Below are positions 1-10,124 of a stretch of 64,000 nt of DNA, piece after piece. The DNA lies in contig JAXLZT010000001.1 in assembly GCA_046350795.1 (NCBI GenBank), positions 245,780-309,779 on the forward strand. Direction: 5' to 3'. Source of the DNA: Minisyncoccota bacterium (GTDB lineage: Bacteria > Patescibacteriota > Minisyncoccia > Phycocordibacterales > CALRHW01). How positions within the stretch are numbered: the first letter of the stretch is position 1; each line of letters starts with the position of its first letter. A program made the position numbers and the translations under genes. The notes below the pieces were generated by a model. It searched no databases. It was not told where the DNA came from and was given only the letters and a program-made list of their open reading frames with translations.

Positions 1-1
1 A

Positions 2-208
2 AAAAAGAAATATCTTGAGGGAAGAGTGGATGTTGCTGAGGAAAATTTAATTTATCTAAAAAATTCAAGAGAAGCTGCGATTGATTTAACAAAGAAAAAT
101 AAAGATTGGCGTAAAATAGAATGCTGTAAAAATATGGTGTGTATGCTACCAGAAGAGGTGAGCGATAGAGTTTGGTCAATCGTAAAGAAAGAATTAAAAA
201 TAAAATAA
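2..208 (+). CDS. C-terminal fragment of an unidentified protein; the frame is open from the window start
   Basis: The frame is open from position 2 to the TAA at 206-208. The dut start codon abuts it at 209. Confidence 0.3.
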   Translation, partial: KKKYLEGRVDVAEENLIYLKNSREAAIDLTKKNKDWRKIECCKNMVCMLPEEVSDRVWSIVKKELKIK

Positions 209-637
209 ATGAATCTTGTTTTGAAAATTAAAAAACTTCGTGCGGATGCTACTTTGCCTACGTATGCCCATCCTGGAGATGCCGGTCTAGATATATATAC
301 TTGTGAGTCAGTGAGTGTAGAGCCTGGTGAGAAGACAGCTATTTCTACCGGCATAGCTATGGAGATACCTGAGGGATATGTTGGGATGATTTGGGACAAG
401 AGCGGTATAGCTATAAAAAATGGAATAAAAACTTTGGGTGGTGTGGTAGACTCTGGATATAGAGGAGAGGTATTGATCGGAGTTATAAATCTTTCAAAAG
501 AGAGATATACTTTTGAAAAAGGACATAAGGTGGCGCAGATGGTGATTCAGAAAAAGGAGGATGTGGTGGTAGAGGAAGTGCAAGAATTGAGCGATACATC
601 TCGCGGAGAAGGGCGCTTTGGAAGTACAGGGAAATAA
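209..637 (+). CDS. dut: dUTP diphosphatase (dUTPase)
   Basis: 142 aa with dUTPase motifs (AGLDIY, GVVDSGYRGEV, RGEGRFGSTG). Confidence 0.85.
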   Translation: MNLVLKIKKLRADATLPTYAHPGDAGLDIYTCESVSVEPGEKTAISTGIAMEIPEGYVGMIWDKSGIAIKNGIKTLGGVVDSGYRGEVLIGVINLSKERYTFEKGHKVAQMVIQKKEDVVVEEVQELSDTSRGEGRFGSTGK

Positions 638-651
638 TTGCGTGCAAAAAG

Positions 652-2322
652 ATGAAAGACATTAAAGAAATAATAAAAGAAGAATTGAAGAAAGACGGTG
701 TAGATATCGGGGATGGTTTTTTGTCACATCCTAAATATTTACCAAATGGAGATTTTTATTTTTTTGTACAGGATAAAAAAATAGACCTATCAACTCTTTT
801 TTTTACAGAACTTAAAAAAAATAAATACATAAAGGATGTAAAGGTTGTGGCTCAGTTTATAAACATCTATCTGTCTGACACTTTTTTTGCTGAGCTTTTG
901 CAAAACATTTTGCAAAGTGGCGACGACTTTGGCAAAAACAATTTACGCGAAGGTGAAAAAGTAATGTTTGAATACACAGATCCAAATCCTTTCAAGCAGT
1001 TTCATATAGGTCACTTGATGCCAAACGTTATAGGAGAATCCCTCTCTCGCATTGTTCAGTGGAGTGGTGCTGACGTAAAACGTGCCAACTATCAGGGCGA
1101 CGTGGGTCCTCATGTAGCCAAGGCTATATGGGGTATGCAGGAGCTTTCTGCTGAAATGCCAAACGTAAAAGAGGATTTGGCAAAAAAAGCAGAGTTTATC
1201 GGTAATGCATACGTGCATGGCTCAAACGCATATGAAGATGATGAAAGTGCAAAAAAAGAAATAGATGTCCTCAATAAAATAATTTACGAAAAATCAGATC
1301 CAAAAGTAGTCGAGCTGTACGACTGGGGAAGAAAAGTAAGTCTGGATCATTTTGAAGACATATATGCAAAGCTCGGCACAAAGTTTGATTACTATTTTTT
1401 TGAAAGTGAGACGGCTCCGCGTGGTCTTTTTCTGGTAGAAGAATTTTTGGCGAAGGGCATTTTTGAAAAAAGTGACGGCGCCATTGTTTTTAAAGGCGAG
1501 CCGTACGGTTTGCATACGCGCGTATTTGTAAATTCACAAGGTCTGCCGACTTACGAAACAAAAGAATTGGGGCTCAGTAAAATGAAGTTTGAAAAGGCAG
1601 ACTTTGATTTGTCTGTAGTTATTACTGGTAATGAACAAAATGAGTATTTTAAAGTGCTACTAAAAGTACTTGAATTCGTAGACTCAAAAATTGCTAATAG
1701 GACTCGTCATATCGGTCACGGCATGTTGCGCTTTGCTAGCGGTAAAATGTCTTCTCGAAAGGGTAATGTGATCACCGGCGAGTCGCTTATCGTGGACGTA
1801 GAAAAGTTGGTGTATGAAAAAATAAAAGACAGGGAGCTGTCTGATGAAGAAAAGAGGGAAATCATGGCGCAGGTGGCTGTGGGCGCTATCAAGTATTCTA
1901 TTTTACGTCAGTCACCTGGTCGCGATATTATTTTTGATTTTGAAAAATCACTTTCATTTGAGGGAGACTCAGGTCCGTATCTGCAATACTCTCACGCTCG
2001 TGCATGTTCTATTTTACAAAAGGCAAAAGAAGCGGGGATAGTGCCTAGTTTAGAAAAAGCTGACGTTGCGGGTGAGCTAGAAAAAATGCTTGCAAAATTT
2101 GCTGACACCACTCTGCGCGCAGAAAAAGATTTTGCTCCACAGCTTATTGTCACATATCTGACCGAGCTCGCGGGTGCTTTCAATAGTTACTATGCCAATA
2201 ATCCTATAGTAGACAGCACAAACCCTTCGTCGCCATATCGTGTCGCTCTCACACAGTCATTTAAGACAGTCATGAAAAACGGTCTGTGGCTCCTCGGTAT
2301 CGTGGCTCCGGAGAGGATGTAA
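652..2322 (+). CDS. argS: arginyl-tRNA synthetase
   Basis: 556 aa. It has the class I HIGH motif (FHIGHLMPNVIGESL) and ArgRS anticodon-binding C-terminal features. Confidence 0.9.
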   Translation: MKDIKEIIKEELKKDGVDIGDGFLSHPKYLPNGDFYFFVQDKKIDLSTLFFTELKKNKYIKDVKVVAQFINIYLSDTFFAELLQNILQSGDDFGKNNLREGEKVMFEYTDPNPFKQFHIGHLMPNVIGESLSRIVQWSGADVKRANYQGDVGPHVAKAIWGMQELSAEMPNVKEDLAKKAEFIGNAYVHGSNAYEDDESAKKEIDVLNKIIYEKSDPKVVELYDWGRKVSLDHFEDIYAKLGTKFDYYFFESETAPRGLFLVEEFLAKGIFEKSDGAIVFKGEPYGLHTRVFVNSQGLPTYETKELGLSKMKFEKADFDLSVVITGNEQNEYFKVLLKVLEFVDSKIANRTRHIGHGMLRFASGKMSSRKGNVITGESLIVDVEKLVYEKIKDRELSDEEKREIMAQVAVGAIKYSILRQSPGRDIIFDFEKSLSFEGDSGPYLQYSHARACSILQKAKEAGIVPSLEKADVAGELEKMLAKFADTTLRAEKDFAPQLIVTYLTELAGAFNSYYANNPIVDSTNPSSPYRVALTQSFKTVMKNGLWLLGIVAPERM

Positions 2323-2341
2323 GCGTGATAAAATTAAATAT

Positions 2342-2815
2342 ATGAAAGTAGCCAATATCTGTTTCTTGAGGAGAGGAGATGAGGTACTTTTGGCAATGAA
2401 AAAACGAGGATTTGGTGTGGATAAGTGGAATGGTCCTGGCGGTAAGATACAAGAAGGTGAGACCATAGAGGAAGCGACAGTGAGAGAAATAAAAGAAGAA
2501 ATCGACGTAGATATTGATAAAAAAGATTTACAAAAAGTAGCCGAGATCAATTTTTATTTTCCAGACAAAGAGGGATGGGACATGCTCGTTCATGTATTTT
2601 TTGTGGAGAGTTGGAAAGGCGAGCCAACAGAAAGTGAAGAGATGAGACCGCAGTGGTTTCCTATTTCAGAAATTCCATATGATGAAATGTGGCTGGATGA
2701 TAAGTACTGGCTGATGGATGCAATCAAGGGCAAAAAACTAAAAGCAAAATTTTATTTTAAGGGTGAGGGAAAAGAGATGGGAAAGTATGAGATAAAAGAA
2801 GTAGAGAGGTTTTGA
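2342..2815 (+). CDS. NUDIX hydrolase (MutT-like)
   Basis: Nudix box GPGGKIQEGETIEEATVREIKEEIDV. Confidence 0.75.
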   Translation: MKVANICFLRRGDEVLLAMKKRGFGVDKWNGPGGKIQEGETIEEATVREIKEEIDVDIDKKDLQKVAEINFYFPDKEGWDMLVHVFFVESWKGEPTESEEMRPQWFPISEIPYDEMWLDDKYWLMDAIKGKKLKAKFYFKGEGKEMGKYEIKEVERF

Positions 2816-3019
2816 AAACCGGTCTGGAAGCCAACTTGACTTTGAGGCCTATTTATGCTACTATTTATATAGGTAAATTAAGCTCTTTCACAACCTATTT
2901 GCAAGTATCGCCATAGCTCAAAGCGGCTTAAATTAGGCCTTTTTGGGCTATGGCGACAGCGCGTCGTCCTCTAGCTTCTAAAACCAGCCAGTTGCGCAAG
3001 CAATGGCATACAAGAAAGG

Positions 3020-3751
3020 ATGACAGCGATGAAGCCATCGACTGCATCAAAGACGTCGGTCAAGCGAATCAGTGCAGGTCAGAAGGAAGAAGGCACTCAG
3101 CTCGTTGTGAGTGCTACCCGTAAAGCGATGGGAGTTGCGATTGATGAGCTGTCCAATAGCGGCGTCATCAACAGTGTCAACTTCCAGCGTCTCATGGGGA
3201 AGGGAAATGTCATTGTCTCGGCGGTCACCGATCTCGTGAAGCAGAAAATTGCCGAGCTCGCGGAGGACATCTCCGGCTGTCTCAAGCTCATCTCGGATGC
3301 AGAAATCCTGCCCCTCGATGCAACAGACGGTAAGGAGACCATCTCACAAGTGCGCGATCTCTTCACCGGCTGGATCGACCCTTATTTCAAGAGTTGGGGT
3401 TGTGATGTCGCGAGCAAGCCCGCGGGTGCGGCGAATGTCGCAGTCCACGAGATGATCAAGGACGGCACATTCGCCCAGATCTTCAATGGGATGAGCGACG
3501 ATCTTGATGCTCTGTGTCTCTCGCAGGCCCAGATCATCAACTTCGTGAAGAAGCACCGCAAGTGGCTTCGCACGGATGGCCACTCCACGTTCTTCCTGTT
3601 CAAGGTCGGCGACGAATTCTTCGTTGCTGACGTGCGCGTGTACGACGATGGCCAGCTCGATGTCGACGTCTGCCGGTTCTCGGACGGCTTCGTCTGGGGC
3701 GCCGAGTATCGTCGTCGCGTCGTGGTTCCGCAACTGACTCTTGCAATCTAG
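3020..3751 (+). CDS. hypothetical protein in a GC-rich (~57%) compositional island
   Basis: A 243-aa ORF with an SD-like AAAGGA 7-8 nt upstream. Its GC content contrasts sharply with the ~35% flanks. The overlapping - strand ORFs are typical artefacts of GC-rich DNA. Confidence 0.5.
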   Translation: MTAMKPSTASKTSVKRISAGQKEEGTQLVVSATRKAMGVAIDELSNSGVINSVNFQRLMGKGNVIVSAVTDLVKQKIAELAEDISGCLKLISDAEILPLDATDGKETISQVRDLFTGWIDPYFKSWGCDVASKPAGAANVAVHEMIKDGTFAQIFNGMSDDLDALCLSQAQIINFVKKHRKWLRTDGHSTFFLFKVGDEFFVADVRVYDDGQLDVDVCRFSDGFVWGAEYRRRVVVPQLTLAI

Positions 3752-4011
3752 GTTCTCGAGCCCTTGGGCTCTTGGTCCCCTTGACTCTTTGCCAATTTAG
3801 TTTGGCGGTCAGGGGGATCTTTTCGTATAATAAAACTACATGCATGAATGTGTGGCGGCCATGGCTTCCTCACCACGCTTGTGAAAAGATACACTCGGGA
3901 ATTTTGCTGGATACGTCTTGCAGAAGAGTGAGTATATTTTTATCTAAATAAAAAATAGTTAGAAGGCTTTCTTTTTGTAAAAACGCTTAAAAATGCTAGT
4001 ATTTTGCATAT

Positions 4012-7000
4012 ATGAACGAATCGAAAGACGTATCCAAAAAAAGCGAGACAGCTCTAAACGAAGAAAAAATACTGAAATTTTGGGCCGAAAATGACATTTT
4101 TCAAAAAACTCTAAAAAAGCCTACTACCGAGGGCGACTTCGTATTTTATGAAGGACCTCCGACCGCCAATGGCAAGCCTGGTATTCATCATATTATTGCT
4201 CGTGTTTTCAAAGACGTGATTCCTCGATACAAAACGATGCGTGGTTTTCACGTGGATAGAAAAGGTGGTTGGGACACTCACGGTCTGCCTGTGGAAATAC
4301 AAGTAGAAAAACAACTTGGCCTAAAATCAAAGAAGGAGGTGGAGGCATATGGCGTAGAAAAATTTAATCAGGAGTGTAAAAAAAGTGTTTGGGAATATGT
4401 TGATTTGTGGAATGATTTTACTAGTCGTATCGGGTACTGGGTAGATCAAGAAAATCCATACATTACATATGAAAAAACATACATGGAGTCTGTGTGGAAT
4501 ATCTTGAAAAATATTTCTGAAAAAAAGACTGGTGGTGTGCTTGGCATTGGTGGAAAGGAAATGATCTACAAGGATTACAAAGTCCTACCTTGGTGTCCGC
4601 GTTGTGGTACGGCTCTTTCATCTCATGAGCTCGCGCAAGGATATGAAGACGTAAAAGATTTGTCTGTGTATGTGAAGTTTAAAGTTGTCGGCCAAGAAAA
4701 TACTTACTTGCTTGCGTGGACTACAACACCTTGGACATTGCCGGGCAACGTAGCGCTCGCTGTAGGGGAGGAAATGCAATACGCAGAAGTAGAATCAGAA
4801 AATGTAAAATATTTTTTGGCTGAAAAACTGGTAGAAAAAGTTTTTGCTGGAAAAGAAAATTATAAAATAATAAAAAAGTTTTCAGGAAAAAATCTCGTCG
4901 GTCTTGAATACGAACCTCTCTACCCATATCTTGCGGAAAAATTTGGCGACAAAGATCCTGAGGCTTTTGCGCGCGCATACAAAGTCTATTCGGCAGATTT
5001 TGTCACAACAGAAGATGGTACAGGCATAGTCCACACTGCTGTGATGTACGGACAAGAAGATTTTGATTTGGGTACAAAAGTAGGTCTACCAAAATTTCAT
5101 CTTGTAAAAGAAGACGGACATTTTCTCGATGATATGGATTTTCTTTCTGGAAGATTTGTAAAAGAAAAAGATGAAAAAGGGGAGGACACACTTGCGATAG
5201 ATATTATAAAAGATTTGGCGGGTCGAGGAATTCTTTTCAAAAAAGAAAAATACGCTCACACATATCCTCACTGCTGGCGATGCAAGACACCGCTCATATA
5301 TTACGCTCGAGACTCGTGGTATATCCGTATGTCTTCTTTGCGAGAGGAGCTTGTAAAAGAAAATGAAGATATAAATTGGCACCCAGAGCACATTCGTGAA
5401 GGACGTTTTGGCGAATGGCTTCGCGAAGTAAAAGACTGGGCTATTTCTCGTGAGAGATATTGGGGAACTCCTTTGCCTATATGGGAAGACAAAGATGGAG
5501 ATCGTATTTTTGTTGGTTCTATTTCGGAATTGAAATCATATATACCACAAAGAAATAAATTTACGCTTGTTCGTCATGGTGAGTCAGAAGCAAATACAAA
5601 AGATCTGATAGATTGTGATTACAAAAACAACGACTCACTTACAGAAAACGGAAGAGAAGAGGCAAAAAACGCCGGCAAAGTTGTTGCAGAAAAGAAAATT
5701 GATTTGATTTTCACCTCTCCTTTCAACAGGGCAAAAGAAACTGCTCAGATAATAGCAAAAGAGATTGGATTTGGTGGGGAGATTATCGAAGATGAAAGGC
5801 TGGGTGAGATTAGGCTCGGTCATTGGAGTGGAAAATCTTGGGAGAGTTATATTTCTTTGTTTAAAAACACACTAGAAAGATTTACAAAACATCCAGATCA
5901 CTCTTTGCAAAATATAGAAAATTGGGACGATTTGAGAGCTCGTGTTTCTGCTTTTATGTATGATATTGATTCAAAATATCAGGGCAAAAATATTCTCATT
6001 GTCGGACACGGAGGACCGCTAAATCTGATAGATCTAGCTTCTTTGGGTTATTCAAAAAAGGAAATGGCAAAACATTATCTCGATGATTCTTTTATGAATG
6101 CAGAAGCGCGAGATATTGATTGGAGAAATCTACCACACAATGAAAATTTTGAAATAGATTTGCATAGACCTTTTATAGACAACGTCGTTTTGGTGGATAA
6201 AGAGGGAAAAGAATACAAGCGTGTCAAAGAAGTGCTAGATGTGTGGTTTGACTCTGGTGCAATGCCTTTTGCTCAGATGCATTATCCTTTTGAAAAAGAT
6301 ACACAAGCTTTGGCATATCCAGCTGATTATATTTCCGAAGCGATAGATCAGACTCGTGGATGGTTTTACACCCTTCACGCTATTGGAATCTTGATGGGAA
6401 TGGGGAAGGCTTACAAAAATGTAATATGTCTTACTCATATTTTGGATGCGCACGGCAAAAAGATGTCAAAATCTGTCGGCAACGTAGTCGATCCTTGGGA
6501 AATGATGGATAAATACGGTGTAGACGCTTTGCGCCTTTGGATGTTTACGGTAAATCAGCCGGGAGACTCAAAGAATTTTGATGAAAAGACAGTTGATGAA
6601 GTAGTAAAAAAAGTATTCAACTTGATCACAAACATCGTTTCTTTCTATGAAATGTATGCTGATGAAAATGTGGTCGCTAGTGCTCAAAGTCAAAACGTGT
6701 TGGACAAATGGATAATCACGAGAATGCATCGTGTTATTTCAGATGGTACAAATGCCCTTGATAGCTACGATGTATTTTCTGCTGGCCGAGCAATACGCGA
6801 TTTTGTTTCTGATTTTTCTACTTGGTATATCAGACGCTCACGCGATCGATTTAAGTCAGATGATTTACTCGATAAAGCAAACGCTCTATCTACTACAAAA
6901 TATGTTTTGCTAGAGCTCGCAAAGTACATGGCGCCGTTTACTCCTTTTTACGCAGAAACTTTGTATCAAAAAGTAGGCGGAAAGCTAGAAAGTGTGCATC

Positions 7001-7533
7001 TGGAGGATTGGACAGAGGGGGAGATAAAGTCGGTAGGAGATGTTGTGGTCCTAGAAGATATGCAGGAAGTGAGAAATATAGTAAGTGTTGGACTAGAGCT
7101 ACGATCAAAGGCAAATATAAAAGTGCGCCAACCTATTTCAAAAATTACAATAAAATCAAACAGAGTTCAGGGTAGAGAAGATTTGGTAGATCTAATAAAA
7201 GATGAATTAAACGTAAAAGAAGTCGTCTTTGATAGTGCTCTGGCTAATGATGCAGAAATAGACACAAATATTTCAGAAGAGCTACGCTTGGAGGGACAAA
7301 TGAGAGAGTTTGTAAGAGCTGTGCAAGATTTAAGAAAAAATAAAAACCTTACAGTGGGTGACAATGCAAGACTTTTTGTCTCAACAAATGAAAAAGGCAA
7401 AAAATTAATAGAAGATTTTTCTTCAGAGATAAAGAGGATTACTCTCATAAGTGAGATTGTTTACAAAGATTTTTCTGGAGAAAAAATACAGGTAGAAGAT
7501 CTAGAGTTTGTTCTTGAGATAGAAAAAATCTAG
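4012..7533 (+). CDS. ileS: isoleucyl-tRNA synthetase (type 2 / eukaryote-like) carrying an inserted histidine-phosphatase domain
   Basis: It has HIGH-like PGIHH, WAISRERYWGTPLPIW and KMSKS motifs and the CP1 editing region TTPWTLPGNVA. About 200 extra residues between PLPIW and DLHRPFID carry the RHGE...GHGG motifs. Confidence 0.95.
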   Translation: MNESKDVSKKSETALNEEKILKFWAENDIFQKTLKKPTTEGDFVFYEGPPTANGKPGIHHIIARVFKDVIPRYKTMRGFHVDRKGGWDTHGLPVEIQVEKQLGLKSKKEVEAYGVEKFNQECKKSVWEYVDLWNDFTSRIGYWVDQENPYITYEKTYMESVWNILKNISEKKTGGVLGIGGKEMIYKDYKVLPWCPRCGTALSSHELAQGYEDVKDLSVYVKFKVVGQENTYLLAWTTTPWTLPGNVALAVGEEMQYAEVESENVKYFLAEKLVEKVFAGKENYKIIKKFSGKNLVGLEYEPLYPYLAEKFGDKDPEAFARAYKVYSADFVTTEDGTGIVHTAVMYGQEDFDLGTKVGLPKFHLVKEDGHFLDDMDFLSGRFVKEKDEKGEDTLAIDIIKDLAGRGILFKKEKYAHTYPHCWRCKTPLIYYARDSWYIRMSSLREELVKENEDINWHPEHIREGRFGEWLREVKDWAISRERYWGTPLPIWEDKDGDRIFVGSISELKSYIPQRNKFTLVRHGESEANTKDLIDCDYKNNDSLTENGREEAKNAGKVVAEKKIDLIFTSPFNRAKETAQIIAKEIGFGGEIIEDERLGEIRLGHWSGKSWESYISLFKNTLERFTKHPDHSLQNIENWDDLRARVSAFMYDIDSKYQGKNILIVGHGGPLNLIDLASLGYSKKEMAKHYLDDSFMNAEARDIDWRNLPHNENFEIDLHRPFIDNVVLVDKEGKEYKRVKEVLDVWFDSGAMPFAQMHYPFEKDTQALAYPADYISEAIDQTRGWFYTLHAIGILMGMGKAYKNVICLTHILDAHGKKMSKSVGNVVDPWEMMDKYGVDALRLWMFTVNQPGDSKNFDEKTVDEVVKKVFNLITNIVSFYEMYADENVVASAQSQNVLDKWIITRMHRVISDGTNALDSYDVFSAGRAIRDFVSDFSTWYIRRSRDRFKSDDLLDKANALSTTKYVLLELAKYMAPFTPFYAETLYQKVGGKLESVHLEDWTEGEIKSVGDVVVLEDMQEVRNIVSVGLELRSKANIKVRQPISKITIKSNRVQGREDLVDLIKDELNVKEVVFDSALANDAEIDTNISEELRLEGQMREFVRAVQDLRKNKNLTVGDNARLFVSTNEKGKKLIEDFSSEIKRITLISEIVYKDFSGEKIQVEDLEFVLEIEKI

Positions 7534-7540
7534 CTATAAA

Positions 7541-8152
7541 ATGGCGCATCATATATATACGACAGAGGGTTTTGTGTTAGATAGCCTTCCTTTTGGCGAA
7601 GGCAACTCTTTCATTTACTTATTTACTCGTGATCTAGGTCTTGTGGGTGCGAGCGCAAGGAGTGTTAGAGATATAAAATCAAAACTCAGATACGGTCTGC
7701 AGACTTTCTGTCGGTCTACTGTTTCTTTGGTGCGTGGAAAAAATGAGTGGAAAGTCACAAGCGCTTTACCAAAGAAAAATTTTTACTATATTTTTTCTCA
7801 AAAAGATACAGTCCAACACGGTGCTGAAAAATTTTTAGTTTGTGCGCATGTTTTGTCTATTATAAAAAAGCTTGTAGCGGGTGAAGAAAAAAATGAAGCG
7901 CTTTTTGATATTGTGCAGTCTGGCTTTGATTTTTTAGAAGACAACGCCTTAAACAAAGAAGAGGTGTCTTTTTTTGAATGCATTTTAATGCTCCGTATAG
8001 TTTCAAATCTGGGTTATCTCACATCGGATCATGACTTAAGGGTGTTTGTAGAAAGTAAAGATTGGAACAGCGATCTACTGGTACAAATGGAAAAATATAA
8101 AAAGAAAGCAATTTTTGAGATTAATAAGTCAATAAGAGAAAGTCAGCTATAG
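7541..8152 (+). CDS. recO: DNA repair protein RecO-like
   Basis: The N-terminal pattern TEGFVLDSLPFGEGNSFIYLFTRDLGLVGASARSVRDIKSKL resembles the RecO OB-fold N-terminus. Confidence 0.5.
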   Translation: MAHHIYTTEGFVLDSLPFGEGNSFIYLFTRDLGLVGASARSVRDIKSKLRYGLQTFCRSTVSLVRGKNEWKVTSALPKKNFYYIFSQKDTVQHGAEKFLVCAHVLSIIKKLVAGEEKNEALFDIVQSGFDFLEDNALNKEEVSFFECILMLRIVSNLGYLTSDHDLRVFVESKDWNSDLLVQMEKYKKKAIFEINKSIRESQL

Positions 8153-8183
8153 CATTTTGTCTGTGATATAATTTTGTCTATAT

Positions 8184-10124
8184 ATGGGTCCAAATAAAGT
8201 TGAAAGTAAAATAGATCGTCGCGAGCGCGACTTGTACTCGAGAAATGTTCCTCAAGAAAAGGAGCCTGTACGAGGGGGTTTTACAAAGCCAAACTACGAT
8301 GTGTCTAATGATTGGCAAAACAAAGATTCTTTTGCTAGTGCACTCACCCAAGAGATTACAGATACAGAAAAGAAAAGTAAGTTTTTTAAATTTTTCTTTA
8401 TTGGTTCTGTAGGCTTTTTTGTGGTTGCTGTATCGTTTTTCATATATATGTCTTATGGTGGTTTCAATGCTGTATCTTCTAAAAATTTGGATATAAATAT
8501 ACAGGCACCAGTGTCTATAGGTGGTGGTGAGGAACTCGTTTTGGATATAGTGGTGACCAATAACAACAATGTACCACTTGAGAGCGCTCAATTATTGGTG
8601 GAGTATCCGGAGGGTACTAGAGAGGTTTTGGATTTATCCAAAGATCTTTTGCGACAGACAGAGACACTCGGTCCAATCGCTTCTGGTGAGAGTGTGACAA
8701 AGACAGTAAAAGCTGTTTTGTTTGGAGAGAAAAATACATCTAAAGATATAAAGGTGAGTGTGGAGTACAAAGCTCAGGGTTCAAATGCAACATTTACAAA
8801 AGAAAAAGATTATCCTATCGTCATTCAATCTTCGCCGGTTATATTTACTGTAGATTATGCAAAAGAGGTAAATAGCAATCAGAAAATGGATCTGACTATT
8901 TCAGTGACATCCAACTCAAATACTATTATAGAAAATTTACTTGTACGTGCGGATTATCCTTTTGGTTTTTCTTTGGATAGTGCCACACCTCAGGCGTCTT
9001 TTGATAATAATGTATGGAGCATTGGTGATCTAAAACCAAAGGAAAAGAGAGTGATAAAAATTTCTGGAAAAATAGAGGGGCAAAATGATGAAGAGAAAAC
9101 TTTTAGATTTAGCGCTGGTACTGCAACATCAGAAGATGAAAAGTTGATAGGGGTAGATTTTATTTCTTCTGCCGAGACCGTAATGATTAGAAAACCATTT
9201 TTTGATGTAAAGTTGGCTTTAGAAAATGATGAGAGCAAGGAATATCTCGCTGAGATAGGCCAGTCCATAAAGGCCAATATCTCTTGGACCAACAATTTAC
9301 CTGTAAGTGTAAATGATGCGGTGCTTGAAGTGACTCTTGGTGGTAGCGCCCTAGACAGAAACAAAGTTTCTACAGATCAACGCGGTTTTTATCAGTCTTC
9401 TGCCAATAAAATAACTTGGAATAAAAATACAGCGCCGTCTCTTTCAGAAATAAATCCGGGTGAGAGTGGAAGTTTCAATTTTGATTTTAGTACTTTGTCG
9501 AATTCTGCTCAAAATATTTTTGCTTTACGCAATCCAGAAATAAATCTCGATATAACAATTAAGGGTGTTAGGTTTTCTGATTCAGAGCCACCACAAGAGA
9601 TCTCGTACTCTTTTTCAAGAAAAGTAAAAGTGATTACACAGGCTACATTTGGTGCACGAATGGTGTATTCGACTGGGCCATTTGAAAATAGAGGCCCCAT
9701 CCCTCCAAAGGCAGAAAAAGAGACTACATATACTGTGATTTGGACACTTAGTAATGCATTCAATGATCTGACCAACACGTCTGTATCAGCTTCCTTACCT
9801 CCATATGTAAAATGGGAAAATGTAAAAAGCCCTTTGTCTGATAAGATTTTGTATAATCCCACAACAAACAAGGTGGTTTGGGAGCCAGGAGAAATAAAAG
9901 CAGGAGTTGGATATTCTAGCTCTCCGCGCGAGGTGGCATTTCAGGTATCTTTCTTGCCGAGCCTTGGGCAGGTGGGATTTGTACCAAAGATTATTGAAGA
10001 TGTTACTTTTACTGGGCAAGATAGATTTACTTTAAAAAATATCTCAATTACGAATGCCCCTCTGACTACTCGCATTAGCACTGATCCGGCATTTGATTTT
10101 ACAGACGATGTGGTTGTAAAGTAG
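8184..10124 (+). CDS. hypothetical membrane-anchored extracellular protein (CARDB/DUF11-like repeats)
   Basis: 646 aa with an N-terminal TM helix (FFIGSVGFFVVAVSFFIYM) and a long beta-rich ectodomain. Confidence 0.55.
   Translation: MGPNKVESKIDRRERDLYSRNVPQEKEPVRGGFTKPNYDVSNDWQNKDSFASALTQEITDTEKKSKFFKFFFIGSVGFFVVAVSFFIYMSYGGFNAVSSKNLDINIQAPVSIGGGEELVLDIVVTNNNNVPLESAQLLVEYPEGTREVLDLSKDLLRQTETLGPIASGESVTKTVKAVLFGEKNTSKDIKVSVEYKAQGSNATFTKEKDYPIVIQSSPVIFTVDYAKEVNSNQKMDLTISVTSNSNTIIENLLVRADYPFGFSLDSATPQASFDNNVWSIGDLKPKEKRVIKISGKIEGQNDEEKTFRFSAGTATSEDEKLIGVDFISSAETVMIRKPFFDVKLALENDESKEYLAEIGQSIKANISWTNNLPVSVNDAVLEVTLGGSALDRNKVSTDQRGFYQSSANKITWNKNTAPSLSEINPGESGSFNFDFSTLSNSAQNIFALRNPEINLDITIKGVRFSDSEPPQEISYSFSRKVKVITQATFGARMVYSTGPFENRGPIPPKAEKETTYTVIWTLSNAFNDLTNTSVSASLPPYVKWENVKSPLSDKILYNPTTNKVVWEPGEIKAGVGYSSSPREVAFQVSFLPSLGQVGFVPKIIEDVTFTGQDRFTLKNISITNAPLTTRISTDPAFDFTDDVVVK

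Noticed and set aside
1844-2041. 65-aa ORF within argS and similar internal ORFs in ileS
   Set aside because: They are nested in alternative frames of well-supported aaRS genes.
3344-3845. Minus-strand ORFs of 129 aa and 81 aa (Arg-rich) overlapping the GC-rich island
   Set aside because: Open frames on both strands are expected in ~57% GC DNA. The + strand 243-aa ORF has an SD and a sensible start, and the Arg-rich product is a typical antisense artefact.
5545-6140. Intein inside ileS
   Set aside because: No intein splice-junction residues or Hint-block motifs are present. The segment has clear RHG histidine-phosphatase motifs and no flanking Cys/Ser ... HN boundary.
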